Notes under the pieces: model-generated | Database searches by the model: none | Seen by the model: only the letters and a program-made list of their open reading frames with translations | What the model was told of the DNA's origin: nothing | Shown here: positions 14,377 through 27,604 of the stretch, piece by piece | How positions within the stretch are numbered: position 1 is the stretch's first letter | How the letters are laid out: each line of letters starts with the position of its first letter | DNA from: the human T2T-CHM13v2.0 reference genome, Homo sapiens | Reading direction: 5' to 3' (one strand) | Length of the DNA: 64,000 bases | NCBI RefSeq assembly: GCF_009914755.1 | Contig: NC_060936.1 | Program-made: the position numbers and the translations under genes

Positions 14377-15454
14377 CTAATCTGGGGCCCATTATCTTTT
14401 CTAATTCATAGAATTGATTAATTTGCAAATTTGAGTAATTGGTCATCAGTTGCACAAGGGTTTAGCAGAAGTGGGCCTTGTCAGTAGGATAGTTACATTT
14501 AGAAGTTTTTGATACTCTGAGTTAATAGTCTTCCTTAAGAATATTTTATAGGGCAAGGACCAGGTTTTAGACTCCATTTTAATCCCGATGTTTTTTGCAC
14601 GGTGTCTGACAACAGTGGGTTCTCAATAGAATGTTTGCTGGATGAATGCATGAAGTGGTTAAACTCCAGAAGTAGACCCACTTCTCTGGTTTTCAGGAAG
14701 GTCACTTCTAGCCTTGCCAAGAATGCCTGGTCAATAACTCTGGCTCTGTCTGGTGGGGAAACTTCCTGCCTTCCTGAACTGTGACACGGACCCAGTTTAA
14801 ACTAATCAGGCGCCAGACAGGAGCTTTCACCGTGACCTAAATTTGCAGCCCGTGAGGTGTAGGCAGCTGAGGCACTGCTCTGTGTCCTGGATTCTGGAGA
14901 AGGTTGGTCTTGTTTAGCCACTTAGATGGATTCTAAGGAAATCCATCCATAGAACAGACACCTTCTATGGCCGTGAACTATTCCTAAAGCTAGGGAGAAT
15001 GGAACCATATACCTGTGATTTCTACACAGGTTTGAGTTCACCAATGAATGCTTCCTATGAAAGTTCATCAGCTTGCATTAAAATGTCTTGCATACCTGCC
15101 CCAGATGGCTGGGTTTTGATGGAGCTGTGTCATGCAGTGCAAAGCTGAGAGGCCCCCCAGGCTGCATTGGCACAGAGTGTGTAAAGGCAGCTCTTCAGAA
15201 CCTTCCTTTTGTGTTACTCCATAGGATTGTGGTTTTTGTTTGAAATCTACTGTTCATAGAAAGAAGCCTTCAGAGGAGAAAGCCTTTTCTCTCCTGTCTG
15301 CTTCCTCTCTATTATTTTTATTTTTGCAAAATGTTTATTTTCACTGTCACCTGGGATTTCTTTGCCTCGGTTGAATGTATTGAAAGATTATATCCTTTAT
15401 TTAAAGATGTCTCATTTTACCCCCTTGCACTTTCACTTGATCAGGTTGAACCTA

Positions 15455-15924
<470 letters not shown>

Positions 15925-16374
15925 TTATAGAATATATTTATATATATTTATATATTCTGTATTTTTCTCAACTATGCAAAATGCATATACATAGTTGAGA
16001 TAACATCATGCATTTTGTATCCTGTTTGATAATAAGTATTTTAGACAAATACATCATTGTCACAACTAGTTATTAAAGTTAAAGACAAAGTTTAACCATA
16101 ACTGTTTAAATGTATAGACTTGCATGTGTCTCCACCTCCCACCCTACCCCTTTGCAGGATGTCAGTCTGGTATTATTTTTTTTGCTGTGGTTGCACAAAT
16201 TTAATGTTACGTTACAGAATCTTTTTGCTTATACATGGAATAGTTTGGAGTCTTACCAATTTGTAGGGGCTGTTCTTATGTTATACACCTGAAACTTCCA
16301 TTGAAAAGGTGTCAAGAGGGTCTCAAATATGAGACTGTTATGAATTCTGAAAACAGCATTGAATCACTGAAGGA

Positions 16375-16439
16375 TCTCATGTACCCCATAAATATATACA
16401 ACTACTATGTACCTATAAAAATTAACAAGTAAAAAAATA
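16375..16439 (+). mobile_element. Extremely 5'-truncated L1 3' terminus (~65 bp)
   Basis: catgtaccccataaatatatacaactactatgtacc plus A-rich tail; flanked by AAT(C/A)ACTGAAGGA repeats. Confidence 0.75.
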
Positions 16440-17149
16440 ACTGAAGGAGAAGACATTTTTAGCATGGGGTCTCTCCTTGATCATTTAAATGTTTGCACCT
16501 CGATGGAGCATTTTCATTGCTGTGCTCAGATGAGACAGATGTAGGTGATCTCCTTTGATTGTTACAGTCCTCATTTTCATTGCCTTCCAAAATAAAAAGG
16601 GGTGATCAGGCACCACAGAAAGGGTGGTTTGGGGGTTTCCGTGGGGTGAGGGGTGAGGGAATCCATCCTTCAGCAGAGGTATCTGCTGTCAGTATTTGTC
16701 TGGTTGAAAGATCATTTTGTTCATAGCTTTATCAGCACAGTCATTTCAAAACAGGAAGTCAAAGGCTCATAAGCAAAGGCACCACCCTTTCCCTTCTTAA
16801 ACCCACCAAAAGGACCTCTCTTTAGTCTGGAGGTCAAGTGAAAAAGGCTCTCATGAAAGTCATTGCCAGCAGGCCTCTTCTAAGTTCAGACTCTGAGGAA
16901 AACCAGAAGTCATTCTGCTGATTCATTTTTTTTTCTTTTTAGTTTTTCTTTTGAATTTTTGGGACACCACCTTTATAACAAATAAAAGGGGAGGCAGTTC
17001 TTCCTATGAACAATCTGATCTGTCAGTTAAAATTTCCTAGAACTTGTAATTTGATGCATCTTAGATCCAATGTGAGTGATTGAAACTTACAAGCAGACTT
17101 GTTCTCCTCCTCCCCAGCCCCCTGTCTGTCTGTCTCTCTCTCTTTTCCT

Positions 17150-17640
17150 TTCTTCTACTCTGTGCCAGATACTGTTCTTGGCACTGGAGATGTAACACAT
17201 ACATACATCTCTGCCTTCATGGAACTTAGATTCTAGTGGGGCGGACAGACTTTAAGCAAATGCAGAAGTGACATATATGGTATATCAGATGGTGTTAAGA
17301 GAAAAACAAAACAGAGAAGATGGTTGAGGGGTGTGAGAGGCAGGGGTTGCAATATAATATAGAGGTAATTAGGGAATGTCATTGATAAGATGACACTGAG
17401 AGCAGACACCTGCAGGAAATGAAGGAGCCGGCCATGTTCCAGGCAGAGAGCAACACAAGTCAAATCTGGTCCCTGAGGCAAGAACATGCATGGCAAGGTG
17501 GTCAGAGTGCCCAGAGCAGAGGGACGGAGGCAGCCAACAACCACAGTGGGGAGAGACAAGTCGGAGAGAGACAATTGTTTTGAGCCTTGGGTTTAACTGT
17601 AGATGGGAGGGAAGCGCTGCAGAAGCTTGAGCAGAGGTCT
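17150..17640 (-). mobile_element. L2 fragment
   Basis: tgtgccagatactgttcttggcactggagat...ctctgccttcatggaacttagattctagtgggg...ttccaggcagagagcaaca. Confidence 0.7.
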
Positions 17641-17713
17641 CTTGGGGCAGGGAGGCAAGGAATAAGGGTGGAAGCAATGTAGCAAGATTGAAAATGAAGT
17701 CTCCTACTTGCAC

Positions 17714-18010
<297 letters not shown>

Positions 18011-18149
18011 CTACTTGCACATTTGTGCTCATCTTTGGGCAGCCGGTAGTGTACTTTGGTTAAGTGGTCACCATATAAGTCCCATCTCCCCTCTACCACC
18101 TGCTCCCCCTTGACCCCCAACTAGACCATCTCCTTTTTCAATTTTTTAA

Positions 18150-18315
18150 AATTTATCTTTATTTTTAAAAACAGGGCCTTGCTCTATTGCCCAGGTTGGA
18201 GTGTAGTGGTGAGATCACGGCTCACTGCATCCTCGAACTCCTGGGCTCAAGGGATCCTCCTACATCATCAGCCTCCCAAGCAGCTGGGACTTACAGGTGT
18301 GCCACACACCCAGTC
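18150..18315 (-). mobile_element. Alu monomer (FRAM or AluJ right arm)
   Basis: Single arm: gctctattgcccaggttggagtgtagtgg...gggctcaagggatcctcc. Confidence 0.8.
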
Positions 18316-19502
18316 CCATTTCCAATTTTTAAAGCAGTAATGAAGAGATCTGAAAAAGAGATTTGAGAAAAATTTTGACTGAGCTTGTAGTGGGAAATTC
18401 GTAATATCTTCAGGGTGCAATCGGTGGCATTTGTTAATAAAAATATCCAGAAAAAGTGCCAGACTTAAATCAGCACTCAATAAAAATAAAACGATGAAAT
18501 GGATCAGCGCTCTGGGAGTGGAAGACCCGAGTCCTAGTCTGGGGTCTCCCATGTCCTATCCCCATAAATTATTGTGTATTATTGATTCCAGAACATATTT
18601 TTTTCACATTTTAGTGATTATGCAATTTGTGTTGTGATTGATGGCATCTCAGCACCGTGCTGCCCTTTAACGAGCAACTGTTTCGTTTCTTAGTGTTCCA
18701 TCAAATAGCAGTGTGCCTTCACCATGGATGCCTTCTGAGGCCACCTCTGTAAATTGTGAAAGTACTTTATGTAAACTGTGGCACACTTCATAACCTCAGT
18801 AAGTGATGAAAAATGGCATTCCTCCAAGATGCAGAGTCTGAGGGCTCAAAAGTACCTGGTTAGTCTTGAGTACTTGCTTCTCAATGGCCAGACTGGCATG
18901 CAGTCTGTCCAAGTCTTTTTAACTTTGCCTGGCACTTATTTTCAGAGCCCAGGGCTTGTAGTTAGTATTTGTCTGATTAACGATGAGGTTGGTTAAGAGT
19001 TAGAATGGGGAGGGTGGGAAGTAAGTGATTTAACTTGAGGCTTGAACCTGGAAGTTCATCTAGAAATAGACATAAACATTGCCCAGGGAAAGTATCACCA
19101 ATGTGGATTTTTGTTTCTTTCAAGGCTACTGAGCTGTCATGACTTTGTCATTTCTCTTTTCTGGCCCTTTTAGAAATGTACTGTGGTTGTTTGTTTTTTT
19201 GTACATCTTCCTCTTTTGACATAGCAAGGCATGGATTCTGTCAGGTTCATCTTTATAGCCTCTGACCCTGGCCCAGAGGTGCCTAGGAAACATTTAAAGA
19301 GTAAATAATTGATTCTCAAAGATAAGCCTTTCCACCTCGGTCACCACCCAATCCATGTGCGCAGAACTCAGAAGGAGGAGCCAGGTTGGATTGTCATGTA
19401 CAAACAGCATCTGCTGTGGTCTAGTCCCTTTGTCTCCCAAATCTCTTTGCTTCTGTTCTGCTGTGTTTCAGGGCAGGAAATAGAAATCAGTCTAGATATT
19501 TT

Positions 19503-19806
19503 ATTTTTTAATTTAATTTAATTTTTTTTTTTGAGACAGAGTCTCACTCTGTCGCCCAGGCTGGAATGTAGTGGCACCGTCTGGCTCCTCTGCCTCCTGG
19601 GTTCAAGCGATTCTCCTGCCTCAGCCTTCTAAGTAGCTGGGATTACAGGTGCCCGCCATCACGCCCAGCCAATTTTTGTATTTTTAGTAGAGACAGGGTT
19701 TCACCATGTTGGCCAGGCTGGTCTCGAACTCCTGACCTCAGGTGATCTGCCCGCCACGGCCTCCCAAAATGCTAGGATTACAGGCATAAGCCACCGTGTC
19801 CAGCAC
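19503..19806 (-). mobile_element. Alu (S-type), probably inserted in an old MLT1 LTR (~19460-20360)
   Basis: TSD CAGTCTAG(A/G)TATTTT at 19488 and 19807; flanks resemble MLT1 (aagcagaaagatatttactagaggg). Confidence 0.9.
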
Positions 19807-21599
19807 CAGTCTAGGTATTTTAAGCAGAAAGATATTTACTAGAGGGAATTTTGTGCTTATAGAGGCATAAGGGGGCTGGAGGAATGGGGCTCCAGGAATG
19901 TCTCCCAGCTAATGGTAGTAGTTTATATAATAATTAATAAACAAACGTATGTTGGCATGGCTGTTCAAAAAAAACAAAAAACAAAAAACAAAACTGACTC
20001 ACTAGGGGTGCTACACCCTCTGATACTGTGTCTGGAACTATTGAGTTCAAGAACAAATTGATGGCAAAGCCGGAGAGTGGACCCTATAATGCTGTTGCAA
20101 AAAACCCTCGTGACCCCATCTCCATGCTTGCCAGCGGCCAAACAGCCCCAAAGGCAAGAAGATGGCCTCTCTGCCCCACATCTGCTTTCTAAATCTCAAG
20201 TGAGTGCTTCTATTTGGGAGAGCCAAATTCACATCTAGAACCTTAGCTTCAAAGAAGCCTGGGAAATACAGCTTTTCAATTACCAGCCTCTGCAGGCTAG
20301 AAAGCTTTCTAGAAGGAGGGTAGAATGAACGATGAGCAAATAATCACAATACTCACCACACCCTATTGGTAAAACATATTTGAGCAGCCATCCCTCAATA
20401 TATTTTGTTTATAAATAATTTCTGCATATTACTACCATTATCTACATATCTAGGATAGGATCCTTTCTGACTAGTGACTGCAAACCCCTATGTCGTTATC
20501 TGTTGGATAATTCCGTTGGCTGACTCTTTATCAATTCTGATTCTTTCATCCTTTTGACCTTGTAATGTTGTCCACAAAGATACAATGGAGAGCTAGTACT
20601 CAAGAGGGAGGAATGCCATTTTCTTGTGTGCCTGGATTGTGACAATTATCTTCAAGTTGTGGTTTCTTGGCTGGGATCTCTTTAGGCCTCAGTTCTATTT
20701 TGTGAGGAATAGGATAGTTAAAAGTAGATAATATAATCTGTAAATTTACTTATGATTCAGTTGTAAATGGTTATTCATTGAAATATGCTGAGAATGGTGG
20801 AATTATTGAGGTGGTCACTCCAGTTCATTTTGTGGTTGAGGATACCTGCCTGAGTTTCATAACTGACATGTAATTTGATATGACAGGTTAGATGGAGTTG
20901 TTTGTGGCCATTTGTATTCTTGATATAGTTAAAATTTTTTTAGGTTAACTGAAAATGGAAGGTCTGGTGTCTAGATGAACAAAAAATGGGAAGTCTGATG
21001 TTTCCTTCCCGGACCCCTTTTGTGGCACAGTGTCCACTAGGATTTTGGAACTCCAGGACTAGACCTGCCTTGAATGTCATTGGTTATTGTCAAACCTGCC
21101 ATTGTCAACTCTGGGTAAAAGTACAGTGTTAACCTGGTGCCAGTTCTAGCGGTGGTGGAGGCTTAGTTTGGCTTTAGATAAGCTGTATGGGGAGGGCTGA
21201 TATTTCCAGCATCACCAGGACTTGGGTTCTGTCTCATGTAGATATGGATAGAGACAAAGAAACCTGGTAATGGAAGTGTTTCAGTCCTTATCATTCTCTG
21301 GCTTGAATCGTTATCTTAAATGCCTTGGGAGAAGAAACTCACAAAGGCAACTCAAGTGAAATAAGCTGGTGGCTGGGTTTCTGTTAGAAACTGTTAACTT
21401 CGAAGAATCTCAGAAGAGGGAAACCACAGAGGCCCCTCTAAGGTAGTGTTGTAACAGGACACTTAACATTTCTTAACGGTTGTCATATTTTACCTTTAAT
21501 ATCATTGCATAAGGTCACTCATTATAGTGAAAAGAGCACAGAATTTGGAGTCTGGACACCAGCTTTTAGGATTTGGCTGTTCCCTATATCCATTTGACA

Positions 21600-21900
21600 T
21601 CATTCAAGATATTTTTGTTAAATGCTTACTAAGAGTTAAGCTCTGTTCTAGGTGTAGAATCAAACAGGTGAAAATCCATGTCCTCATGGAACATACATCA
21701 TAGTGGGGGAGACACAATAACAAATGGATATTAAATTATAGAGTATGTTGGAAGGTGACAAATGCTACGGGAGGCGGGGAAGCAAGGAAGGGGGATGTGA
21801 AGTGGCAGTGGTGGGGGGATTGAAATTTTAAATAGGATTGTCAGGGAAGTTCTCTCTGCAAAGGTCGCTTTAAAGATTGAAGGAGATGAGGGTAGATGGG
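21600..21900 (-). mobile_element. L2 fragment
   Basis: cattcaagatatttttgttaaatgcttact...ctgttctaggtg...gtcctcatggaacatacatcatagtgggggagacac. Confidence 0.7.
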
Positions 21901-21919
21901 AGATGAACCAATGAAATAG

Positions 21920-22145
21920 TAAAGATATTTATTGGATATTATTTACCGAAGGCCAACTTGGGTCAGGCATTGAATATAGATTACTCCCCCATGGGACTCG
22001 TATAATGTATACGCTATAATTACCACCATTTTACAAGGGGGGAAACTGAAGCATAGAGCATTATCACTTGTCTAAGGTCCCCAGGAGAGGAATGGATGGA
22101 ATAAAAACCAAACCCGGCTGTATGACTTCATATCCGCTGCTCTGA
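21920..22145 (-). mobile_element. MIR fragment
   Basis: ccattttacaaggggggaaactgaagcatagag...cacttgtctaaggtc. Confidence 0.65.
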
Positions 22146-22556
22146 ACATCTGGGAGGGCTCTCATTTGGGCATTACTCTTCCCATCCACCCTAAAGATTG
22201 GCGAGAATGATTGCAGTTTAGTGATAGACATTCTGCGAAGGGTGGGACCTTTCTGCCCATCAAAGAATCATTCTGCCCAAATGCCACCAATGCCCCTCCT
22301 TGAGAAACAGCTCAAAACTCTATGTGTAAACAGCATCTGGCGTAGTACTTGGCTGCATCCCATGACTTGGGCAAGTGCCTGGCAAGTGTAGGGGCTTAAT
22401 AATTGATTGAATGAGTGACTGAGTGAAAGTCGCAGACAAGAGATTTGGTCCCCTCATTTGCCAAGTGAAGGTAGTAATGTTACCTCTTTTATGGGTGGCG
22501 GTGGTAAAGATTAAATGAGAAGTTAGATGTGAAAATGCATTGGGAATGGATGTAAA

Positions 22557-22636
22557 CCTATGTAACAAAACTGCATGTCCTGCACATGTATCCTGGAACT
22601 TAAAATTAAATAAAATTAAATTTTAAGAAAAGAAAA
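22557..22636 (+). mobile_element. 5'-truncated L1PA 3' terminus inserted in a MIR
   Basis: cctatgtaacaaaactgcatgtcctgcacatgtatcctggaacttaaa plus A-rich tail; TSD AATG(G/A)ATGTAAA. Confidence 0.8.
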
Positions 22637-23664
22637 AATGAATGTAAAAGCAGTATAAACATGTTGTTGTTATGATAAATTACTTGTGTGGTTCCTCGTT
22701 CAAGGATGTGAATCTCCATGTCAACAAGATGCTGTTCTATTTAATTCTGTTTGAAACCTGAGCAAGTTTTTATCCTTTTAACATGTGCGTCCTACACTGT
22801 AAGATTTACTGAAAGGATCTGACTTCTATAAGTGTGAGGCTCCTGTGAATATCTTCTCTCTGTATGTGCTCACCCTCTGTCTGCCGTACTAACAGGCATA
22901 CCCGCTGCCAAGGCCAAAACTGTGTAGCAATTTGCAAAGCAGAGTTTATATTTGGTCAGAAATCAGCCTTGTGTTTTTTTGCTGAATGCAGTGACCGCAG
23001 CATTTCCTCCCAATTATGCACTTAATTACTCCTCAGGTTCCCATTAGCTTTAACTAGTGACACTTGGGAAATAACAGGCACTGGTCAATGCCATTTCTGA
23101 AGCTGAACTCCGAGGAGGATGAAAAGCAGTCATTTCAGAAAAATAACAGTGGTAGCATGGCAGCCTGTATGTGAGCAGTTGTTGGGTGGGTTAGCATGGC
23201 TCATTGCACAGGACAGCATCAATTGGCCCTATGTCTCCACATTGGGCTTGTTCTGTGCTGAGGAGGACTTTAAGGGCTCTTCCTGTATAGGGGTCAGTCC
23301 TTCCCACTGCTTAACTGCAGGTGTCATGGAGCTTGCTCTGTGGCTGGCATTTGTAGCTGGGGCACAGACCCATTTCCTCCCTTCTTCACCAGACCAGGTG
23401 CTGAAATTTAGTTCAAAGACTCCATAACCCTGATCTGGGCTAGGCCCGGCATTCTTCAACCTGAGGCCAGGCTCACATTTGAAATAGTCCCTGTTAGGCT
23501 GCAGAGTTATCATAGAGGAAGGGGAGCATATTTGTCAGGGCTCACATTTCTTTACAAGTTGAAAAAGTTTCTATCTTTTTAAGCACCCAGACCTCTTTCC
23601 ATTCCACCTAATCATTGATTTAGACTATTTGTTTGCAACTGGTTTGGGACCTCCTTCTTCCCCC

Positions 23665-23842
23665 ATAGGGGACAGGTGGCAATGTCTGGAGACATTTTGG
23701 GTTGTCATTAACTGGGGAAGGTGTGCTACTGGCATTTAGTGAGTGGAGGCCAGGGATGCTGTTAAACATCCTACAATGGATAGGATAGACTTCCCCACAA
23801 CAAAGAATAGGCCAGCTCAAAATATCAATAGTCGGGAAACCC
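23665..23842 (+). mobile_element. MER20 (hAT-Charlie DNA transposon relic)
   Basis: ggcaatgtctggagacatttt...gctactggcat...ggccagggatgctg...aaacatcctacaatg. Confidence 0.85.
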
Positions 23843-24198
23843 TGTATTAGTCTGTTCTTATGCTGCTGTGAAGAAATACCTCAGACTGGGTAATTTATAA
23901 AGGAAAGAGGTTTAATTGACTCACAGTTCTGCATGGCTGGGGAGGCCTCAGGAAACTTAAAATCATGGCAGAAGGCACCTCTTCACAGGGCAGCAGGAGA
24001 GAGAATGTGTGCAAGCAGGGGAAATACCAGACACTGATAAAGCCATCAGATCTCATGAGACTCACTCACTATCATGAGAACAGCATGGGGGAAACCACCC
24101 CCATGATCCAACTAACTCCACTTGGTCCTGCCCTTGACACATGGGGATTATTGCAATTCAAGGTGAGATTTGGATGGGGACACAGTCAAACCATATCA
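23843..24198 (-). mobile_element. MST/THE1-type MaLR solo LTR
   Basis: tgtattagtctgttc...caaaccatatca termini; 5-bp TSD AACCC at 23838-23842 and 24199-24203. Confidence 0.92.
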
Positions 24199-24249
24199 AA
24201 CCCTTATTTGATTCAACATTTTTCTGATGCTTTATGAAAAAAACCAGTA

Positions 24250-24480
24250 ACAACAATGACCACTTACCAAATACTTGCTCTGTATCAAACAGTATGTCAG
24301 CTGCTGTATTTGGATTATCCATCCTATTTAATTCCCACCACAACCTTGTGAGATGCACATTTACCAATCCCATTATACAGGTGAGGAAACTGAGGCTTAG
24401 AGAGGTGAAGGAGCCTGCCTAATCGGAAAGCTGGAACAGGATCCTGGCTCAGGTCTAACTGACAGCAAACACTGTACTCT
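24250..24480 (-). mobile_element. MIR
   Basis: cccattatacaggtgaggaaactgaggcttagagaggtgaag. Confidence 0.75.
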
Positions 24481-24599
24481 TCACCTCACTAGTATGCCCA
24501 TCTCCATGTTCTTGGTTTCAGATAATTAGGTCAAGAAGTAATTATTTCATAAAGGCCTTAAGCTCAGCTGTAAACTCTGTAAGTGGGACATTCAATGAT

Positions 24600-24965
24600 A
24601 GCCCCTTCTCTTCTTACCCTACACGCTATCCCTGGTGAGCTCATCCTCTCTTGGGGCCTGGGGTATCATCTGTGTTTAGATGACGCTCATGTCTTTCTTC
24701 AACTTGGATGTGACCTTGGGTCGAAGTCTAGTTCATGTATTACCTCTTGTATTACCATCCATCCCCTCTTGGTCAGAATGAGGGGATAGATGTCCTTCCT
24801 GTCATCCCTGTGGTACTTTGTGTGTGTACATCTCTAATATTACTCATTCTGATACATTGACTCCTTCAGGGAAGGGGCCATGTCTTGTTTAGCACAATAT
24901 CCCAACATCTCCAATAGAGCCTGGTACATAATGGTCACTCAGTAACTATTTGCTAAAAGAAGGAA
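24600..24965 (+). mobile_element. L2 fragments
   Basis: 3' end agagcctggtacataatggtcactcagtaactatttgc. Confidence 0.6.
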
Positions 24966-25257
24966 TACACTGATGGTAATTGGTCACTAAGAAGAAAATC
25001 CCCCTTTTTGGGATAGCGGGTATGGAATTTTCAATGCTGATTTGATTTTCATTTTGATTCTATGGTGAGCTGTCACTTAAGAGAGCCAAGAACAACCCCT
25101 TTTATACCATGGCTAAATGTGAACAGCCAAAAAGTGAACAACTGTCAAAGTTGTAGGAATTGCATCACTGTAACCACAAAGGTAATTAAATGTGTCCCAG
25201 AAAGGGATCTGCTAATTTGGTTTGCAACGGGAGGGTCTGAGACAAGACTTCTGTAGA

Positions 25258-25542
25258 GCAACACTGTCCAGTGGAAATACACTGCTGCTGCACACAGAAC
25301 TAAATCTTCCGGTAGCCATTTTTACATTGAAAAAAGTGAAAAGAAACAGGTGAGATTAATACCTGAAATATTGCAACAGGTACTCAATATTAAAACTCAC
25401 TGCAATATTTTACATATTTTTGGTACTAAGTCTCCAGAAATCCAATGTGTATTTTTACAGGACATCTAAATTCAGGCTAGCTGCATTTCAAATGCTTACT
25501 AGCCATACGTGACTAGGGCTACTGTAATGTATAGTGTAGCTC
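25258..25542. mobile_element. MER33-like hAT DNA transposon relic
   Basis: cactgtccagtggaaata...ggtagccat...aaagtgaaaagaaacaggtga...catttcaaatgcttactagccatacgtgactagggctactgta. Confidence 0.7.
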
Positions 25543-25618
25543 TAAAGTGTTAGAGAACCTTTTCTACATTGAACTAGGGCTTTTTTTGGTCTCCCCTCAC
25601 CCTAATTTAAAAAAAAAA

Positions 25619-25916
25619 TTTATGGTGACAGAATCTTGCTCTGTCACCCAGGCTGGAATGCAGTGGCATGATCATAGTTCACTGCAACTTTGACCTCCTG
25701 GGCTCAAGGAATTCTCCTCAGCCTCCCAAGTAGCTGGGACTACAGGTGTGCACCATCACACTTAGCTAATTTTTGATTTTTTTTTTCTTTTTTTTTTTTT
25801 TGTAGAGACAGGGTCTAGTTATGTTGCCCAGGCTGGTCTCAAATGCCTGGGCTCAAGGGATCTTGCCTCAGCCTCCTGAAGTACTGGGAGTACAGGCGTG
25901 AGCCATTGCGCCCGCC
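25619..25916 (-). mobile_element. Alu (J-type)
   Basis: Antisense dimer, gggctcaagg diagnostic, expanded central T tract. Confidence 0.92.
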
Positions 25917-26035
25917 CCTTCCATTTTCTTAAGGGGATGTTGTCTTTCCTGGGTTTTAGCTATACCCTTTGGGAATAATATTGATTATCTTAAGGCTCAA
26001 CATGTTAAATACAAGATATTGGCTGCAAAGTTTTA

Positions 26036-26058
26036 TACACACACACACACACACACAC
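26036..26058. repeat. (AC)n microsatellite
   Basis: acacacac run. Confidence 0.9.
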
Positions 26059-26420
26059 CCCTCTAAAGTCATTTCAGGCCTCTAAGGTATCTTCAGAGTC
26101 TTCTAGTTAATCAGTCGCTATCTGAAGCTTGATTGTGCTATTGAGATCTTGACACAGTCTGCCATGTAGCAAGAGCAACTGTTACTAGCTCCATTCTACA
26201 GATGAGGCAATGGAGACTCAGAAGGATTTAGGGAATTGCTTAAATTTTGTTTCAAATGGTTCTAATACCAACGTTTAGCTGCAAAGTCTGGCCCAAGGAA
26301 CATTCATTCTATTAGGGTGGATGTAAACACACATACTTCACTGTCTTATGGGGCCAGATGCGATTGCTGTTACAAAGAGAGACAAACTGTGAAGGAAAGG
26401 GAGAGGAGGGTGATTGATTT

Positions 26421-26462
26421 TGGTGGTGGTGGTGATGGTGGTGGTTGTGGTGGTGGTGGTGG
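26421..26462. repeat. (TGG)n trinucleotide repeat
   Basis: tggtggtggtggtgatggtggtggttgtggtgg... Confidence 0.9.
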
Positions 26463-27549
26463 AAGGAAACCTTCCAGGGAAAGTTGAGGTTTGCACCGGG
26501 CTCTGAAGGATGAGTAGAAATTTGCTGGCGGAATCTGGGAAGGGAGAGGAAAGACATTCCAGGTGAGGACGCCTGCCAGAGCAGGGAGTGGGGCAGTGAG
26601 GAGAGTGATGTCTGGGAATACGGGAGCCCAGGGGTGGAGAGGTGAACCTGGATGGCTCTGAATGCTCTAAAGTTTGAGTTTTATTCTTGGTACCAGGGAG
26701 CCACAGAAGGTTTAGTGTCTCCTGTTTTTCAGATGATGAAATTTAAGCTGAATTTAAACTCTCTTGTTTCATTAGAAAGGCAGTAGTTTCAAACTCACTT
26801 TCTCAAAATGAACTCGGGGCCATTTGGAAATCGTTTCTATTATCATCATTTAATGGGAGGTAAGATTATTCATGAACGACTAAAGAGCAAAGTAAGAAAG
26901 AGCTTAAAGGCACTCTGTAGTGGGATTTGAAACTCCTCTGTTTTGCATTGCTCGGGCCAAAATTATAGGCCATGGAGGTTAAATTTCAGTCTCTCAGTTG
27001 CTAATGGTGCCCTAGCTTCACCCTCAGAGGGCTCTGGAAGCAGTGGCAGGAGAAAGGGAAAGTGTGTAAATAGTCGCAGGGAAGAGAGTTTCTTGCTTCA
27101 GTGGGAGCTCATGGGTGTATCCGGGTCAGGCTGCAGCTGTTGGGCTGCCCTAGAGATGAGCAGTGAAGGATGGAGAACAAAGTCTGCTGCTTCCTCCTGG
27201 AAGCGAGACCCAAGTTCACTGTGTGTGGGGTCTGAGTGCATTGTACCCCTGAAAGATGCCGCCCTGTGTCCTCTTTAAATCAAAAGACTGCCTCTTTTTT
27301 TAGGCTCCCCTTCCTGGGCTGTGGGAGAGGGCATGGGGCTATTGTAGAGCTCATACACAATGTAAAAAGGCATCTCTCTGTGGCTTTCACAGTCACTTCT
27401 GGGGGCCATTGTGCTTGGTACAAAGCTGAGGGCTGCCTGTATTTTCTCTGCTAGACTGTAGCACTTGACGCCTGTCGATGAATAATTGAGAGCTGGTTTT
27501 CTCATAGGGGCATCTCACCACCTTTGATCCCCTTTATTTTCCGTTAAAA

Positions 27550-27604
27550 CATCACCATCATCACCACCACCACCACCACCACCACCGCGACCACTACAAC
27601 CACG
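27550..27604. repeat. (CAC)n-like trinucleotide repeat
   Basis: catcaccatcatcaccaccaccaccaccaccaccacc. Confidence 0.9.

Noticed and set aside
18648-18668. REST/NRSE motif (TCAGCACC…)
   Set aside because: Only the left half-site is present; the GGACAG half is missing
26312-26557. Poly-His ORFs (also 62495-62686)
   Set aside because: Arise from TGG/CAC microsatellites; no splice or coding context
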